DNA from: the human T2T-CHM13v2.0 reference genome, Homo sapiens
Length of the DNA: 64,000 nt
Reading direction: 5' to 3' (one strand)
Assembly: GCF_009914755.1 (NCBI RefSeq)
Contig: NC_060927.1
Shown piece after piece: positions 40,021-53,036 of the stretch (the first letter of the stretch is position 1; every line of letters starts with the position of its first letter). A program made the translations under genes and the position numbers. The notes under the pieces were generated by a model. The model saw only the letters and a program-made list of their open reading frames with translations. It did not search any database and was not told the origin of the DNA.

Positions 40021-40740
40021 TGAAAATGTCTGTTTTACACAAACATTCCTGCAGCTAAATCTCTCCAAAAACAACTGTCTTAGTAGCAAATAGGAATAAT
40101 GCTTTACCGTTTTGGCGCATAAAATCTAAAATTTAGAGATGTGAATGTGTGTCAGGTCTCTTTAGAAACCATTGTGTATATCAAAGGGTACAACCGGACT
40201 GTTCAAGAAAGAAGATTAAGATGGAAAATTCAAATTATCTGTCCTTATAATGGTCACTTCACCTCTTCCAAGGCTCCCACTAAGAAGGGTGGCCACCGTG
40301 CTTTCAAGTCTGAAGGTGATGGATTTCATGGCAAGGTTTTGGGAATTGTTATGATATTAGAACTTAGAAAACCTTGAAGAAAGGGGTTCTCCTTGAATTA
40401 GACTGGGAATGAGCTTTGCCTGATTCTCCTGGTGTGAGTATTGCATTTAATCATAAAATGCCATATCATCTCAACCATCTACTTCTTAATTTATAGTACC
40501 CAGGATCCTTGGGGACATGGCTAAGATCAAAAGAGAATGGGGTCCTGGAAATTGTGAAATCTTGAAAAAGGTTCTTTCTAGTCTCTCCTTATGCATTTCT
40601 TTCTCTCTCTAGCCCTCCCTACCTCCACAGCTCCCCACACTTTTGTAGCTGTTCATACTGCAGCTTGTAGATTCTAAATTCTCCCTTAGAATTAGAGACC
40701 CATTGAAACCAAACAATGAGGAATGGGGTAGAAAAGGCAC

Positions 40741-40782
40741 ATATATATATATATATATAAAAATCTGTATATACACACACAG

Positions 40783-40812
<30 letters not shown>
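40741..40812. repeat. (AT)n and (AC)13 microsatellites
   Basis: Seen directly. Confidence 0.9.
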
Positions 40813-40813
<1 letters not shown>

Positions 40814-42044
40814 AATACATATAGATGCTTGCAGCCTCATTTGTTTTGTTCTTCTTCCTCTTCATTAATTTAGGCTCTGGATACATTCATCAGTTCTTAT
40901 CTTCAAAATACATCAATTTTCATAAATACAAAGAGAAGTACAATCATCATTCCTTTTCTTTCATTTGATTCTGAAGAAAATTTTGCCTAATTCAAAGTAA
41001 GAAATAAAAGACTATTGTTGAACAATACTAATGAAAGGGGGTCAGATTATGAAACAGATATTATTCCAGTTCAAAGGCATTTCATTTATGAGAAATTGCA
41101 TAACATTTACATTTTTGAGAAATTGCCATATTAAGTCAATATCTATTTGCCGCACTTAAAAAATGCAGGTTTAACTGAAAGTTAATACCAGCTCCGAGTC
41201 ACTATAATAGTAATTGCTCACGTCTTTTAGGTGATTTACCATTGCTAGGTACTCTTCTGCAAGCTTTTCAGGCTCTTTCTCATTCAGTCCGCACAACTAA
41301 CTGAAGTAGGCAATAGGTGATATTGCTTAGGAGGGCAGTTGATTTTATTAGAGAATTTTGTAGGTTAAGAGTTAAGTACAAAAATGTTGTATAAATAATA
41401 AAAGTTTTAAAAATCAAATGTGTGACTATGTAGATATGCACACACATATATGAATTTGGGTTTATATTTTCACAGAAACAAATTCTGACAAATTAGTGAC
41501 ATCAAGTAGTAGACCATGCAGCAAGATTTTTTTTAAGCCACAAATAAAATGAATTCCAATAAAGGATGGGGCAATACACATTCTTGTGAGCTTTACTCAA
41601 AACAAATTTAAATGTAGTTTGAGATTAGATGACCAAGAGTAGATTACATGAGCAAGATTGGTCAGGGAAAGGCTTGGAGTCAGGGAACAAAGGGGCTGTA
41701 ATAAAACTGTGTGCCCAAGAGGCTATTGGGCATAGTACTTGCCTATCCATTTTCCGGATGCTGCTGTGGGATCCAGTAAAAATAAATCAATAGTTCCTGG
41801 ATGCACCTTGTCTCACAACTCAGGCAGGTCATTATTTTTACTGCATGGAAAAAAGAGAGTGAGAAACGGTTCACTATCTTGCTAACTTTTGTGAATTGAC
41901 TTGGGTTGCCTGCCATTGTGATAACTTTTAGTTTCAGTTGATTTGTGCCCTGATGCTGCTAAGGAGGTTCAGTGTTGCCCTGGGGAAGATGGCTCAAAAG
42001 GAAGGATTATGATTTTCTTCAGTTTGAGTAAACCAAGCTTGGTG

Positions 42045-42140
42045 CAGTGGTTCTCCACCTTGGTTTCACATTAGAATTACCAAGGGAGTTTTACAAAGTA
42101 CTATGTCTGGGATCTAACCTTCTAAGTTTCTGACTTAGCT
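42045..42140. mobile_element. MER5A-like hAT-Charlie fragment
   Basis: cagtggttctccaccttggtttcacattagaattacc. Confidence 0.6.
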
Positions 42141-42719
42141 AAGAAAGAATTAAAGTTAAGGAAGAATTCATGAGGCAAGTGCATGAGAACAGGACACAGA
42201 CACATGGAGTCAGGCTCAAAAAAGCCATGCTGGCTGTACACTTTCCTACTCTGTGTACAGCTAGCTTTTTTATCCCCACCCCACCAGAACAGGACTCATT
42301 CCCTAAGCAGGATTAGACTGGGGCCTTTCAAGGAGAGCTGAGGCCAAACAAATGGGAGATTTGGATTGTGGCAAGAGGCTACATGTCATCCTTATCCCAA
42401 GATGATTCTTGATAGGAGGAAAAGTGTTAGAAATGTTCCAAAATTGTAACTTCAGTATTTGAAAGGAAATGATAAATTTAAAAGTGTTTTCTCATAAGGA
42501 TATGTCACAGTTAAAAACAAGAGGTTAATGTGTGTAGTAGAGAAGAACAGTTAGCATATTCATTAATCAAAGTCCTGTTTACCTATCTGCTTGTGAAGGA
42601 TATTTATTCATTTACTTAAGTTCGATAACAGATGTTGTTTTGTGACAATGTTGATGTTCTCTGACTACCTGCTTGAAAATCTAAGACTTGTAAAACGCAC
42701 ACTTTAAAAATTAATCTCT

Positions 42720-43800
42720 TTTTATAATTACAAGATTAATAGTCTCAACGTAAAATTATACAGGAAAGGAACTAAAATATATATCTAATGTTTCACTGAT
42801 CATCTCTGTTAAAATACTGGTTTATTTTCCTTTATGTTTACTGTGTGAGAATGTGAGTTTTTGTGTGTGTATGTGTGTGTATTTACAAAAACTGTAAAGT
42901 CTGAATCTTCTGATATTACTAGTATTTATAGTTTTGACTCTTCCTTTTATTAACTTCATTATATCATGGCCATCTCCTTACCTTATCACATATTATTTAT
43001 GGGATAATTTTGAATGACTGTATAGTATTTTGCTTTTTCGGTTATACCATACTGTATGTAAATAAATCCCTGTCATGGAATATTTGATTATAAAATTAGG
43101 ATTTTTATTAGTATAGCATTCCAATACACATCATAGAACATCACTGATTTCTGACTTTTGTTTTCCTTCAGTACAAATTCATAAAGATGGAACACTTTAA
43201 ATATTTAGGGGATTTAAAGCTATTTATTCATGCTGTCAAATTGCTCTCCAGGAAAATTGTACCAGTTTACATTCAAGGTATTTATAAGAATGCCATTCTG
43301 CTGCACCATTTCAGCACTGGACAATGCTGTATGTTAAACATTTGTCAATTTGATTCAAAGTCTACTGCCAAGGACAATTACATAACCTTGCATGTCTCCA
43401 CTTTATTATTTATAAAATAATGCTAATAATAGTATCTACCCTATAAAGTTGTTGAATTAAGGTTGCTGATACATGTGAAGAGTTTAGAACTGTGCCTTCC
43501 CACAGAGTAAGTATTCAATAAAGATTAGTTCAAATTCTGAGTGGCAAAAAAAATGGCATCTTATTATAATTCACATCTGTTTTGTTTACCAATAAGTGAG
43601 ATTTTTCACATGCTTAGCTATGTGTGTTTCTTCTTTCTTAAATCACCTGTTAAGGTCATTTCTCCTTTTTCTCCTGCAGTTTCATCCTATTCTATCCACT
43701 TATAAAGCTTATTGCACATGAAAGATAATATATTCCCATAATGTTTCAATTATTTCCTTAACTTCTATTTTCTGTTAACAAAAATGATAAACATTTAATG
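42720..43800 (-). mobile_element. Old L1ME 3' region with a nested MIR (~43400-43530, +)
   Basis: aatgactgtatagtatt...tgtcaaattgctctccaggaaaattgtaccagtttaca; MIR part aataatagtatctaccctataaagttgttg. Confidence 0.55.
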
Positions 43801-44261
43801 TTAACATTGTTAATTGTTTGAACTTTATCCTAAGAATATAGGGAAGAAACTGATGCTATTATTACTCAGCAGAAATCCACAAACAAGTCTGCCAAATATT
43901 CAAGGCTGTTTCACATAACATATGTACACAAATGCTCTGGATTTGTGTGTAAGTGTTGAAAGTATTCCATATGCCTTAACATGTTGTGCCATCACTGTTA
44001 TTTTTAAATTCCTAAATAGCCTTTAGTTACATTTATTTTAATCAAAATTAGTAACTAAATAATTCTGGGACTGCTGCTTAATTTCCAAGCAGTTGGCAAA
44101 TGTTTAAACCTTTGTTACTAAGTTTTATTTTTATTGTCTTGTAATCAGAAACTATGAGCTTTATGATTTATACTTTTGGGGGAATTTGCTTTCCCTTGTG
44201 GCCTGGAATATGTTTAAAGTTTCTAATGTTCCTTGAACGTATAAAAATATTATGTATTATC

Positions 44262-44696
44262 AACCAACCCAAATGTCCAACAATGATAGACGGGATTAAG
44301 AAAATGTGGCACATATACACCATGGAATACTATGCAGCCATAAAAAATGATGAGTTCATGTCCTTTGTAGGGACATGGATGAAGCTGGAAACCATCATTC
44401 TCAGCAAACTATCGCAAGGACAAAAAACCAAACACCACATGTTCTCACTCATAGGTGAGAACTGAACAATGAGAACACATGGACACAGGAACGGGAACAT
44501 CATACACTGGGGGGTGTTGTGGGGTGGGGGAAGTGGGGAGGGATAGCATTAGGAGATATACCCAATGCTAAATCACGAGTTGATGGGTGCAGCACACCAA
44601 CATGGCACATGCATACATATGTAACAAACCTGCACATTGTGCACATGTACCCTAAAACTTAAATTATAATAATAATAAAATAAAATAATTTTAAAA
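44262..44696 (+). mobile_element. L1PA3/L1PA4 5'-truncated 3' end
   Basis: ORF2 C-terminus NQPKCPTMID..KKMWHIYTMEYYAAIK; gcaaggacaaaaaacc; G-rich 3'UTR tract; TSD attRtgtattatc (44249-44261 and 44697-44709). Confidence 0.92.
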
Positions 44697-44719
44697 ATTG
44701 TGTATTATCTTTTTCAAAG

Positions 44720-45147
44720 TGTTTATTTTACTGTATGTATATTTTAAAATTTGTATAAATTTAAGGAGTACAAGTACAATTTTGTTACATGGATGCATTG
44801 TGTAGAGGTGAAGTCTGGGCTTATAGGGTATTCATCAGGTGAATAAGTATACATTATACCCATTAGGAATTTCTCATCATCCACCCCTCTCTGACTCGAC
44901 CTCTATGCTTCCAAGTTTCCAGTGTCTATCATTTCATACTCTATGCCCATGTGTACACATTATTTAGCTCCCACTTATGAGGGAGAACATGTAGTATTTG
45001 CCTGTCTCTTTCTAAGTTGTTCCACTTAAGAAAATGGCCTCCAGTTCCATCCATGTTGCTGCAAAACAAATGTTTTCATTCTTCTTGTGGCTGAATAGTA
45101 TTTTATCTTGTATATATACAACATTTTCTTTATCCAGTCATCTGTTA
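44720..45147 (-). mobile_element. L1PB3/L1PB4 3' end
   Basis: gagtacaagtacaattttgttacatggat...ggtgaagtctgggctt...tttagctcccacttatgag. Confidence 0.8.
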
Positions 45148-45599
45148 TGTAGTAGTTTATTCAAATACTCTGTGTCATTTTTAATGTTGATGGAGCAGAG
45201 AAAGGAGATCCAAATTACAAAATAAATATGCCTGAGCCCTGTCGACTTCACATTCTCAACTCAAGGATTAGTCAACATCTATTAGATTTATGGGGTTCGG
45301 AGTAGAATTAGGATGAAGTGATGAATATTTAGGAAAAACCATCAAACAAGCCTGCTGTGATCTCCATATCTTACCCTGCCCTATGGAGAAGCACAGTGCT
45401 AGAATTCTGTTTATTCTGGTCTTCTTGATCTGGCACTGCAAGTGCTGAGGTGAAATCTCACAGTGATTGCTTTGTAGATAGGATTATTTGCCTTCCAAAT
45501 ATCAATGGCTTTTCCTTCATTGAAAGATCTAAGATCTAACTCTTCCTTTATTCAGTCCGTGTAGTCTGGATAGGGCTGTACCTCCAACCTTTATGTTAT

Positions 45600-45970
45600 A
45601 CCAAGAACCTAAACTTCATTTCCATACACAACCCCTGTTCTTTCTCTTTACCTTGCCTTGTTCCTGCTTTTAATTTTGGATCACCTTTTCTAGATTCACG
45701 ATTTTAGCTGACTAATTTAAGTGTATTCTTTATTATTCAAATCAGGTGTCAGCTTCTCAGGTATGTCTTTCCTGATAATCTAGTATAGGAAGGGTTGTGA
45801 GCAAAAATGCTCTTTTCTCCAGTTTATCACTGAGCTTCCACATAGTGTTATAATTGTAGATTTATGTGTCTATCTACCTCAATGTACTGTAAGCAATGTT
45901 GTAGCATCAATTATACATTCTATACATTCCATGACACATAATGGATACTCAATTAATGTTTGCTGAATAA
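45600..45970 (+). mobile_element. L2 3' end
   Basis: tactgtaagc...catgacacataatggatactcaattaatgtttgctgaat. Confidence 0.55.
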
Positions 45971-46150
45971 TTATAATTTTTTCAAAAAAGGAAATTAAGA
46001 AGAAAGAAAAGAACAAAGAAAATGGAGATTAGCTACTTGGAGATACTAATTTTACTCATCAATGTGTTCCCTCCTACTGGCAGAGTGTCTGGCACAAGGA
46101 ATGAATTCCATAAATATTTATTAAAGGAATGAATTGGTCTGCAGACTTTT

Positions 46151-46447
46151 TTTTTTAATACTTTAAGTTCTGAGATACATGTGCAGAATGTGTAGGTTTG
46201 TTACATAGGTATACACATGCCATTGTGGTTTGCTGCCCCCATCAACTCATCATCTACATTAGGTATTTCTCCTAATGCTATTCCTCCCCTAGCCCCACAC
46301 CCACCGACAGGCCCCAGTGTGTGATGTTCCCCTCCCCGTGTGTCCATGTGTTCTCATTGTTCAACTCCCACTTATGAGTGAGAACATGCGATGTTTGGCT
46401 TTCTGTTCTTGTGTTAGTTCGCTGAGAATGAAGCTGGAAACCATTAT
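46151..46447 (-). mobile_element. L1PA7/8 3' end (~300 bp) with a 5' micro-inversion
   Basis: Perfect 13-bp TSD tctgcagactttt (46138-46150 and 46448-46460); inverted piece at 46431-46447. Confidence 0.92.
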
Positions 46448-47449
46448 TCTGCAGACTTTTAAGCAAAACCAGTTTTATACTGGGAGATGACTTAGGGTTC
46501 TTTTTGGTTGTTGCTGTTTTCAGGTTTTTTGTTTGTTTGTTTTGTTGTTATTGTTAACTTTCTTCCAGATCTGTTTTGATGATCAACCATGTCTTTCTAC
46601 CTGTTTGCAAAATGGTAATTTTCAGTGAAATTTTTCTCATTTTCTCAAGGCTTTGAATTACAAATTTGTTTCCACTGCCACTGTGCCATCACGATTCTTC
46701 CAAAACCAGAGAAGATACTCTCAACTTCCGGTTTTGCTTTCTATTGCACACAAATCTTGATCTCCATTCCAAGCTTCAGTTTGAGTTTTATAGCAGTTCA
46801 ATGAATCTACTGTCTTGTGTAAAATATGCTGCACCTTAAGAAGGAAATGTACACAATCAACAGGCTTCATTTTGAATGGGAAAAGATGTGCTTAATCTTA
46901 GCATCTCCCCAAAATGAAATGTAATGATATAGACTCAATAGCCAAGAATGAAAGTGAAATGGTTGAACATGGAAGCCAACACTTCTAAATGGATTGGCTT
47001 TTTTTTTTTATTGTGTGCTGCACATTTTTGTCAAGGGAATTTGATAATTATAAACTGCAACAATAATGAGGTTTTGAATATTCATAGGCAATTAAAATGC
47101 CTCTGTGCATTTTAGCAGTGCCCTGTGGAAGTGTTACTCATTTTTAGAAATAACTGGGCTGTAATAATCAAATTCCCAAATATTCTGTTAAGAATAGAGC
47201 AGGGAAAACCTAATTTAGTAATGTTTTTATGTACTAGATAGGTTGATACTTGACTTACTCAAGGTTACTGTTATTATGCTTAATTTTGGGCAATTGGGGT
47301 GATGTTGACATAACATATGCCTAGAGCATTTTACATTCTTGGAGGTCACAGGTAAGACTTGCATGTAAAAAAATACCCATGTTCAATTTTACAGACCTCC
47401 CAACTTTGAATTGGCTTGGAATCAGGAGAGCACTTTTAATTTTGCATGA

Positions 47450-47850
47450 TGTGTCAGACATTGGCTAGCTCTCACCACACCAGCCTCCTCTTCTTCTGGA
47501 GGATACAGGAAAGCAACACTTCCAGCCTAGTTTTCAGTGGAGTATAGCCATCTTGAAGTTGTAAGTGACAGAATGGTCTCAAGAATGAGGCATTCCACTT
47601 CCAGTCTGGTTCATAAAAATCTCCCACTTATGGTCCTCTTTGTGCTTTTCCCTTCTGGGGGAAGATAGCCAAGCCACAGGATGGCAGAGCCACAAAGTGA
47701 GAGGAGACTGGAGTCCCTAAATTCCTGCCTGAAAGAAAGTCACTTAACTAAAATACTCTCAATGGATGGTCACAACACTGAAGTAAACATTCATTGTGCC
47801 TCTGAAATTTAAGAGTCTCTTTATTATAGTAGCTAGCATTGGCCTAACAC
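47450..47850 (+). mobile_element. MaLR LTR, MLT1J-like
   Basis: tgtgtcagac...ccacttccagtctggttcataaaaatctccc...gatggcagagccaca...gagtccctaaat. Confidence 0.65.
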
Positions 47851-48180
47851 TTGAAGGGTGGAGAGGTAAATTATAGATGCAGGCTTTTTGCCAGCCATAT
47901 CTGTAATAATGCATGTAGTTTCAGCTAGAGTGACTTTTTGAATTATTCTGTCATTGCATATTTGAAAAAGTTTTAGTTTGGTATCTTTGACAAAATCAAT
48001 TTTACTTAATATAAACATATATGTTTCATTTTAATTCATTGACTTGGCCTCTTCATTTTTGGTTCATTTTAGGGTTGTGGTGAAAATTTAAGAGCCATTC
48101 CATTAATGAACTTATTTCCTCAGTGATTGCTTTTCTTGTAATTATTCCTTTATTTATTAATTCATTTGCCATTTCACAAT

Positions 48181-48530
48181 TGCTATAATCTGAATGTTTG
48201 TGTCCCCTCAAAATTTGATATGTTTAAATCTAGTCTCCAATGAAATAGTATTAAGAGATGAGGACTTTGGGAGGCAATTAGGTCATGAAGGCTCTGCCCT
48301 CATGAATGAGATTGGTGTTCTTATAGAAGATGCCTCAGAAAGCTGTCTTGCCTCTTCCACCATGTGAAGACACATAGAAAATGCTATCTGTGAGGAACGA
48401 GCCCATACCAGACACCAAATCTGCAGGCACCTTGATCTTGGACTTCCAATCGTTATAACTGTGAGCAATGCATTTCTGTTATTTATAAATTGCCCAGGCT
48501 CAGGTATGTTTTATAGTAGCCCAAACAGAA
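48181..48530 (+). mobile_element. MaLR LTR, MLT1A-like
   Basis: tgctataatctgaatgtttgtgtcccctcaaaatt...caccttgatcttggacttcc. Confidence 0.85.
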
Positions 48531-48676
48531 AACAATATATTTGAATGGTTCTTACATGCCAGGCTCTATAATGAAGTTATAAAACCAACAATATATAACA
48601 CAGATAGGGTCTTTGCCCTCACAGAGCTTGTAGTCTAGTTAAAGAGGAAGACATTACATGACTCATAAACATTTAG

Positions 48677-49049
48677 TGTCTTAGTCTGTTTCCTGTTGCT
48701 ATAAGAGAATACCCCATGCTGGGTAATTTATAAAGAAAATAATTTATTTCTTATAGTTTTGGAGCCTGATATGTCCAAAGTGAAGGGGCTACATCTAGTT
48801 AGGGGTTTCTTACTATATCAAAACATGACAGAGGGTATCACATGGTGAGAGGGAAAGAGCATGCCAACTCCAGTGTCTCTTCCTCTTCTTGTAAAGCCAC
48901 CCCAGTCCCATCATGGTGTCCTCACCCTGGTGACCTTATCTAATCCTAATTAATTCCTAAAGGCCAAACCTCCAAATGCCATCAACCTATGAATTTGGGG
49001 ATTAAGTTTCCAATACATGGAATTTGAGGGAGCGACTCAAACCATAGCA
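48677..49049 (-). mobile_element. MaLR LTR, MSTC-like, inserted in an L2 relic
   Basis: tgtcttagtctgttt...caaaccatagca; TSD tttag / tttgg. Confidence 0.8.
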
Positions 49050-49249
49050 TTTGGCATAATAACAAATGATGTGAAAGAAAAATCTAGTGAACTGGGGGAT
49101 GTCACCTAATGGAAGCCTAATCTAGCAATACTCGTGGGTGATGTCAGAAAGGCTTCCAAATCAAAAGGTATTTAATCTGAGACCTGAAGGCAGAGTCACC
49201 TCCTTACCTAGTCAGAGAGGGAGAGAGATGCAAGAAAAGTATTACAGGC

Positions 49250-49605
49250 TGTATTAGTCTGTTGTCATGCTGTTCATAAAGACATACCCAAGACTGAGTA
49301 ATTTATAAAGGAAAGAGGTTTAATTGACTCACAGTTCCACATGGCTAGGGAGAAACCACAATCATGGTAGAAGGCAAATAAGGAGAAAAGTCATGTCTTA
49401 CATGGCGGTGGGCAAGAGAGCTTGTGCAGGGGAACTCCCATCTATAAAACCGTCAGATCTCATGATACTTATTCAGTACCATAAGAATAGTACGGGGGAA
49501 ACTGCCTCAATGATTCAATTATCTCCACATGGTCCTGCCCTTGACACATGGGAATTATTACAATTCAAGGTGAGATTTGGGTGGGGACACAGCCAAACCA
49601 CATCA
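49250..49605 (-). mobile_element. THE1B 3' LTR
   Basis: tgtattagtctgtt...gtgagatttgggtggggacacagccaaaccacatca; adjacent polypurine tract identifies it as the 3' LTR. Confidence 0.9.
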
Positions 49606-50241
49606 TTCCACCCCTGGCCCCTCCCAAATCTCATGTCTTTACATTTCAAAATCAGTCATGGCTTCCCAAGAGTCCCCCAAAGTCTTAACTCATTTCAACA
49701 TTAACTCAAAAGTCCGCAGTCCAAAGTCTCATCTGAGATAAGGCAAATCCCTTCTTCCTATGAGGCTGCAAAATCAAAAGTAGGTTAGTTATTTCCTAGA
49801 TACAAGAAGGGTACAGGCATTGGGTAAATACATCTGTTGCTAATGGAAGAAATTGGCCAAAACAAGGGCCTACATGCCCCATGCAAGTCCAAAATCCAAT
49901 AGGACCATCACTAAACCTTAAAGTTCCAAAATGATCTCCTTTGACTCTGTGTCTTACATCCAAGCCATACTGATGCAAGATGGGAGCTCCCATGGCCTTG
50001 GGCAGCTTTGCCTCTGTGGCTTTGCAGCTTTGCAGGATATAGCTCCCCTCCTGGCAGTTTTTTTTTTTGTTTTTTTTTTGTTTTGTTTTGTTTTTTTAGC
50101 ATCTGTGGCTTTTTCAGTCACATGGTGCAACTTGTTGGTGGATCTACCATTCTGGGGTCTGGAGGATGGTGGCCTTCTTCTCACAGCTCCACCTTGCAGT
50201 GTCCCACTGGGGACTCTGTGTGGGGGCTCTGACCCCACATT
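49606..50241 (-). mobile_element. THE1 internal sequence, 3' ~635 bp only
   Basis: ttccacccctggcccc (PPT on -)...ccaaagtctcatctgaga...ggctctgaccccacatt; no 5' LTR follows. Confidence 0.88.
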
Positions 50242-50483
50242 CAGGTCAAAGGAACAGCATATGCAAAGGCCTTAGTATTAGTAACAAGAGCTAGCATTTA
50301 TTGTGTGCTTGGTAGGAATTGCTCTAACTTCTTTTAATGTTTATTTCATTGAAATTCTCGCACAAAGTCTAATGCATGAATAATATTACTATCTCTATTA
50401 GAAAATAAAGTTATCATTGGAATGAAGTGCAGAGTGATTAGAGCATTTGGAGAGAGACTAATGGGGGTAAAAAAGGCTGGCGA

Positions 50484-50842
<359 letters not shown>

Positions 50843-51154
50843 TTAAGCAGGACAGTTTGACACAAACACTGTTTTTAATAGCCTTCTACTCTCTTGTGGA
50901 ATACAGACAATTAGAGGAAATAAATATAATTCACTGTAAATTAACAAATTATTTTTTGATTGATGGATGGATGGATTCATTGACTGATATTTTTATAGAA
51001 CTGGCTGCTGGCCCAGAATTATAATAGGCACTTTGGGATATACAGAGTAAGAATAAAACTTTTGTCTTTTTGCTCAAGGAGAAAACTCCTTCTTGCCTCC
51101 AACCTGTAAGAATTGACTATTATCTGATTTCAGGAACTAACAAGTAAAGCCTCC

Positions 51155-51667
51155 TGTATCAGTTTTCTATTACCAAGTAACAAGTAACCACAAACTCAGT
51201 GGTTTAAAACAACACAAACTTATTATCTCACCATTTTCATGAATCTAGGTATAGCTTAACAGTATCATCTGCTCAGTCTCCTCTCACAGGCCAAAATGAA
51301 GGTGTCAGTCAGGGATGTGGTTTCAACTGAGGCATGGCCTTCTCAGATCACTGGCTGTTGGCAGAATTCAGTTCCTATAGATGTTGGACTGAGTCCTTTC
51401 ACTCCTAGAAACTGCTTATCCCTGGCACATGGCCCAATTCACAACATAGTAGCTTGTTTCTCCAAGCCTAGGAGAAGACACTATCTCCAGTCTGCTAGGA
51501 AGGAGTCTTGTATAAAGAAATGTAATCACAGGAGCAACTATACTATCATTATATCCTAATCAAGGGAATGACTCACTTGTCACAGTCAGGACTGGGGCAT
51601 ATATCCCAGTGTGTGTACCTAATGAGGTAGGAATCTAATAGATAATCTTCGAATTAAGCCTACTGCA
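51155..51667 (-). mobile_element. MaLR LTR, MLT1E/F-like
   Basis: tgtatcagttttctatt...ggtttaaaacaacacaaac...gttggcagaattcagttcct...gcctactgca. Confidence 0.75.
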
Positions 51668-52659
51668 CTTGAGCAGGAAGATGGGTTGGTCATCTGTAAA
51701 GTATAGAAAAATTGATCTTGAGAGAAACAATTAAAATTGTCCATATGGTCATTTGAATATTCTTTAGAAAAGAATGGATCCTGCTGTCTTCCAGGCATTT
51801 AGAATCTCTAGTGACCATATATCCTAATTTGCCTTGGATAATCCTGACACTTACTGCCCTAGTGTAGTTGTAACAGTGTTCTCTTCAACTCTCAAAGATA
51901 TCTCAGTCTGGATGATAAATTTTATTGCAACATATTTATGGCCCTATTGTAAAAAAGGAATAACAAAGCCATTAGAGCCTGATGCCATTCAATATTTGTG
52001 TAATTCCCCTTGTTCTGATTCCAGGGTTCACTAAGCAAAGTTCTAATAATTTGAATTCTGTGTAGCATGGGTACAGGGAGAAAATGCTGGTTGGACTAAC
52101 ATCAAAGTCAGCTCCACTCAATGCTCGTCTTTCTCATTATGAATTAATTAGCAGACTTCCTGATTTATAAACTTCAATCTCTTATGAGTGATGAGAGTAA
52201 AACAATTTCTTCAATACTGATCAATTTCAGGATTCTGAGCAGTCTGAGGATGCAATACCCAAAGTTGAGGATGATAATGTGATGTTGGATGAAGAACTCA
52301 TCACGTTTAACGCTTCTCTACAAAGCTGTATTTTCAAACCACTGACCTTTAGCAGATTCATCCTGACCACTCTGTATGGGTCTTTATTACAAACACCTCC
52401 AGGTGGATAGATAGTAAGGGGTGGCAGAGATAAGTAGAGACTCACATTGTTAGAGAAGTCAAGGCAGGTCTTCCAGAGGAGAGGTGTAATATGAACTAAA
52501 CCACAAAGATGAGGTGAGTTTGGATGAAGAGGCAGAAAAATGTATTAAGGTTACTTTATATGCTTCAGCAACCCACCATTTTTTTTTATCAGCTGAGAGT
52601 TTTCAGTTAGCTAGAATAGGGGAGAAATTATTCCATAAACAGTGTTTTGCTTTCCACCT

Positions 52660-53036
52660 TGCTGGGGTTTGAATGATCTCTCCAAAACTCATGTTTAAAT
52701 TTAATTGCCATTGTGAGGGTATTGAAAGCTGGAACAAGTAAGAGGTGATTAGGCCATGAGGTCTCTGGCCTCATGTGTAGACTAATGTCATTAGTGCAGG
52801 AATGGGTTCCTGATAAAAGTGAGTTCAGTCTCCTCTAGCCCACTCTTACTCTTTCATGAGCTCTTTTATCCTTCTGCCTTCTACCATTGGATGATGCAGC
52901 ACAAAGGCCCTAGCCAGATGTGGGCAGCCTCCTGGACCTTGGACTTCCCAGCCTCCAGAAATTAAAGAAATATATATATTTTAAAAATACCCAGTCTGGA
53001 GTATTCTGTTATAGCAACACAAAACAAACTAAGACA
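52660..53036 (+). mobile_element. MaLR solo LTR, MSTC/MSTD
   Basis: ccaaaactcatgtt...ttggacttcccagcctccagaa...actaagaca; TSD cacct / caccc. Confidence 0.85.

Noticed and set aside
45185-45480. Possible LTR fragment
   Set aside because: Could not assign termini, TSD or family by eye; needs a Dfam search.
46780-47360. Unique block with SOX-like motifs and a CAG|GTAAGA donor at 47351
   Set aside because: No convincing upstream acceptor, and the motifs are at chance frequency in AT-rich DNA; conservation data would be needed.
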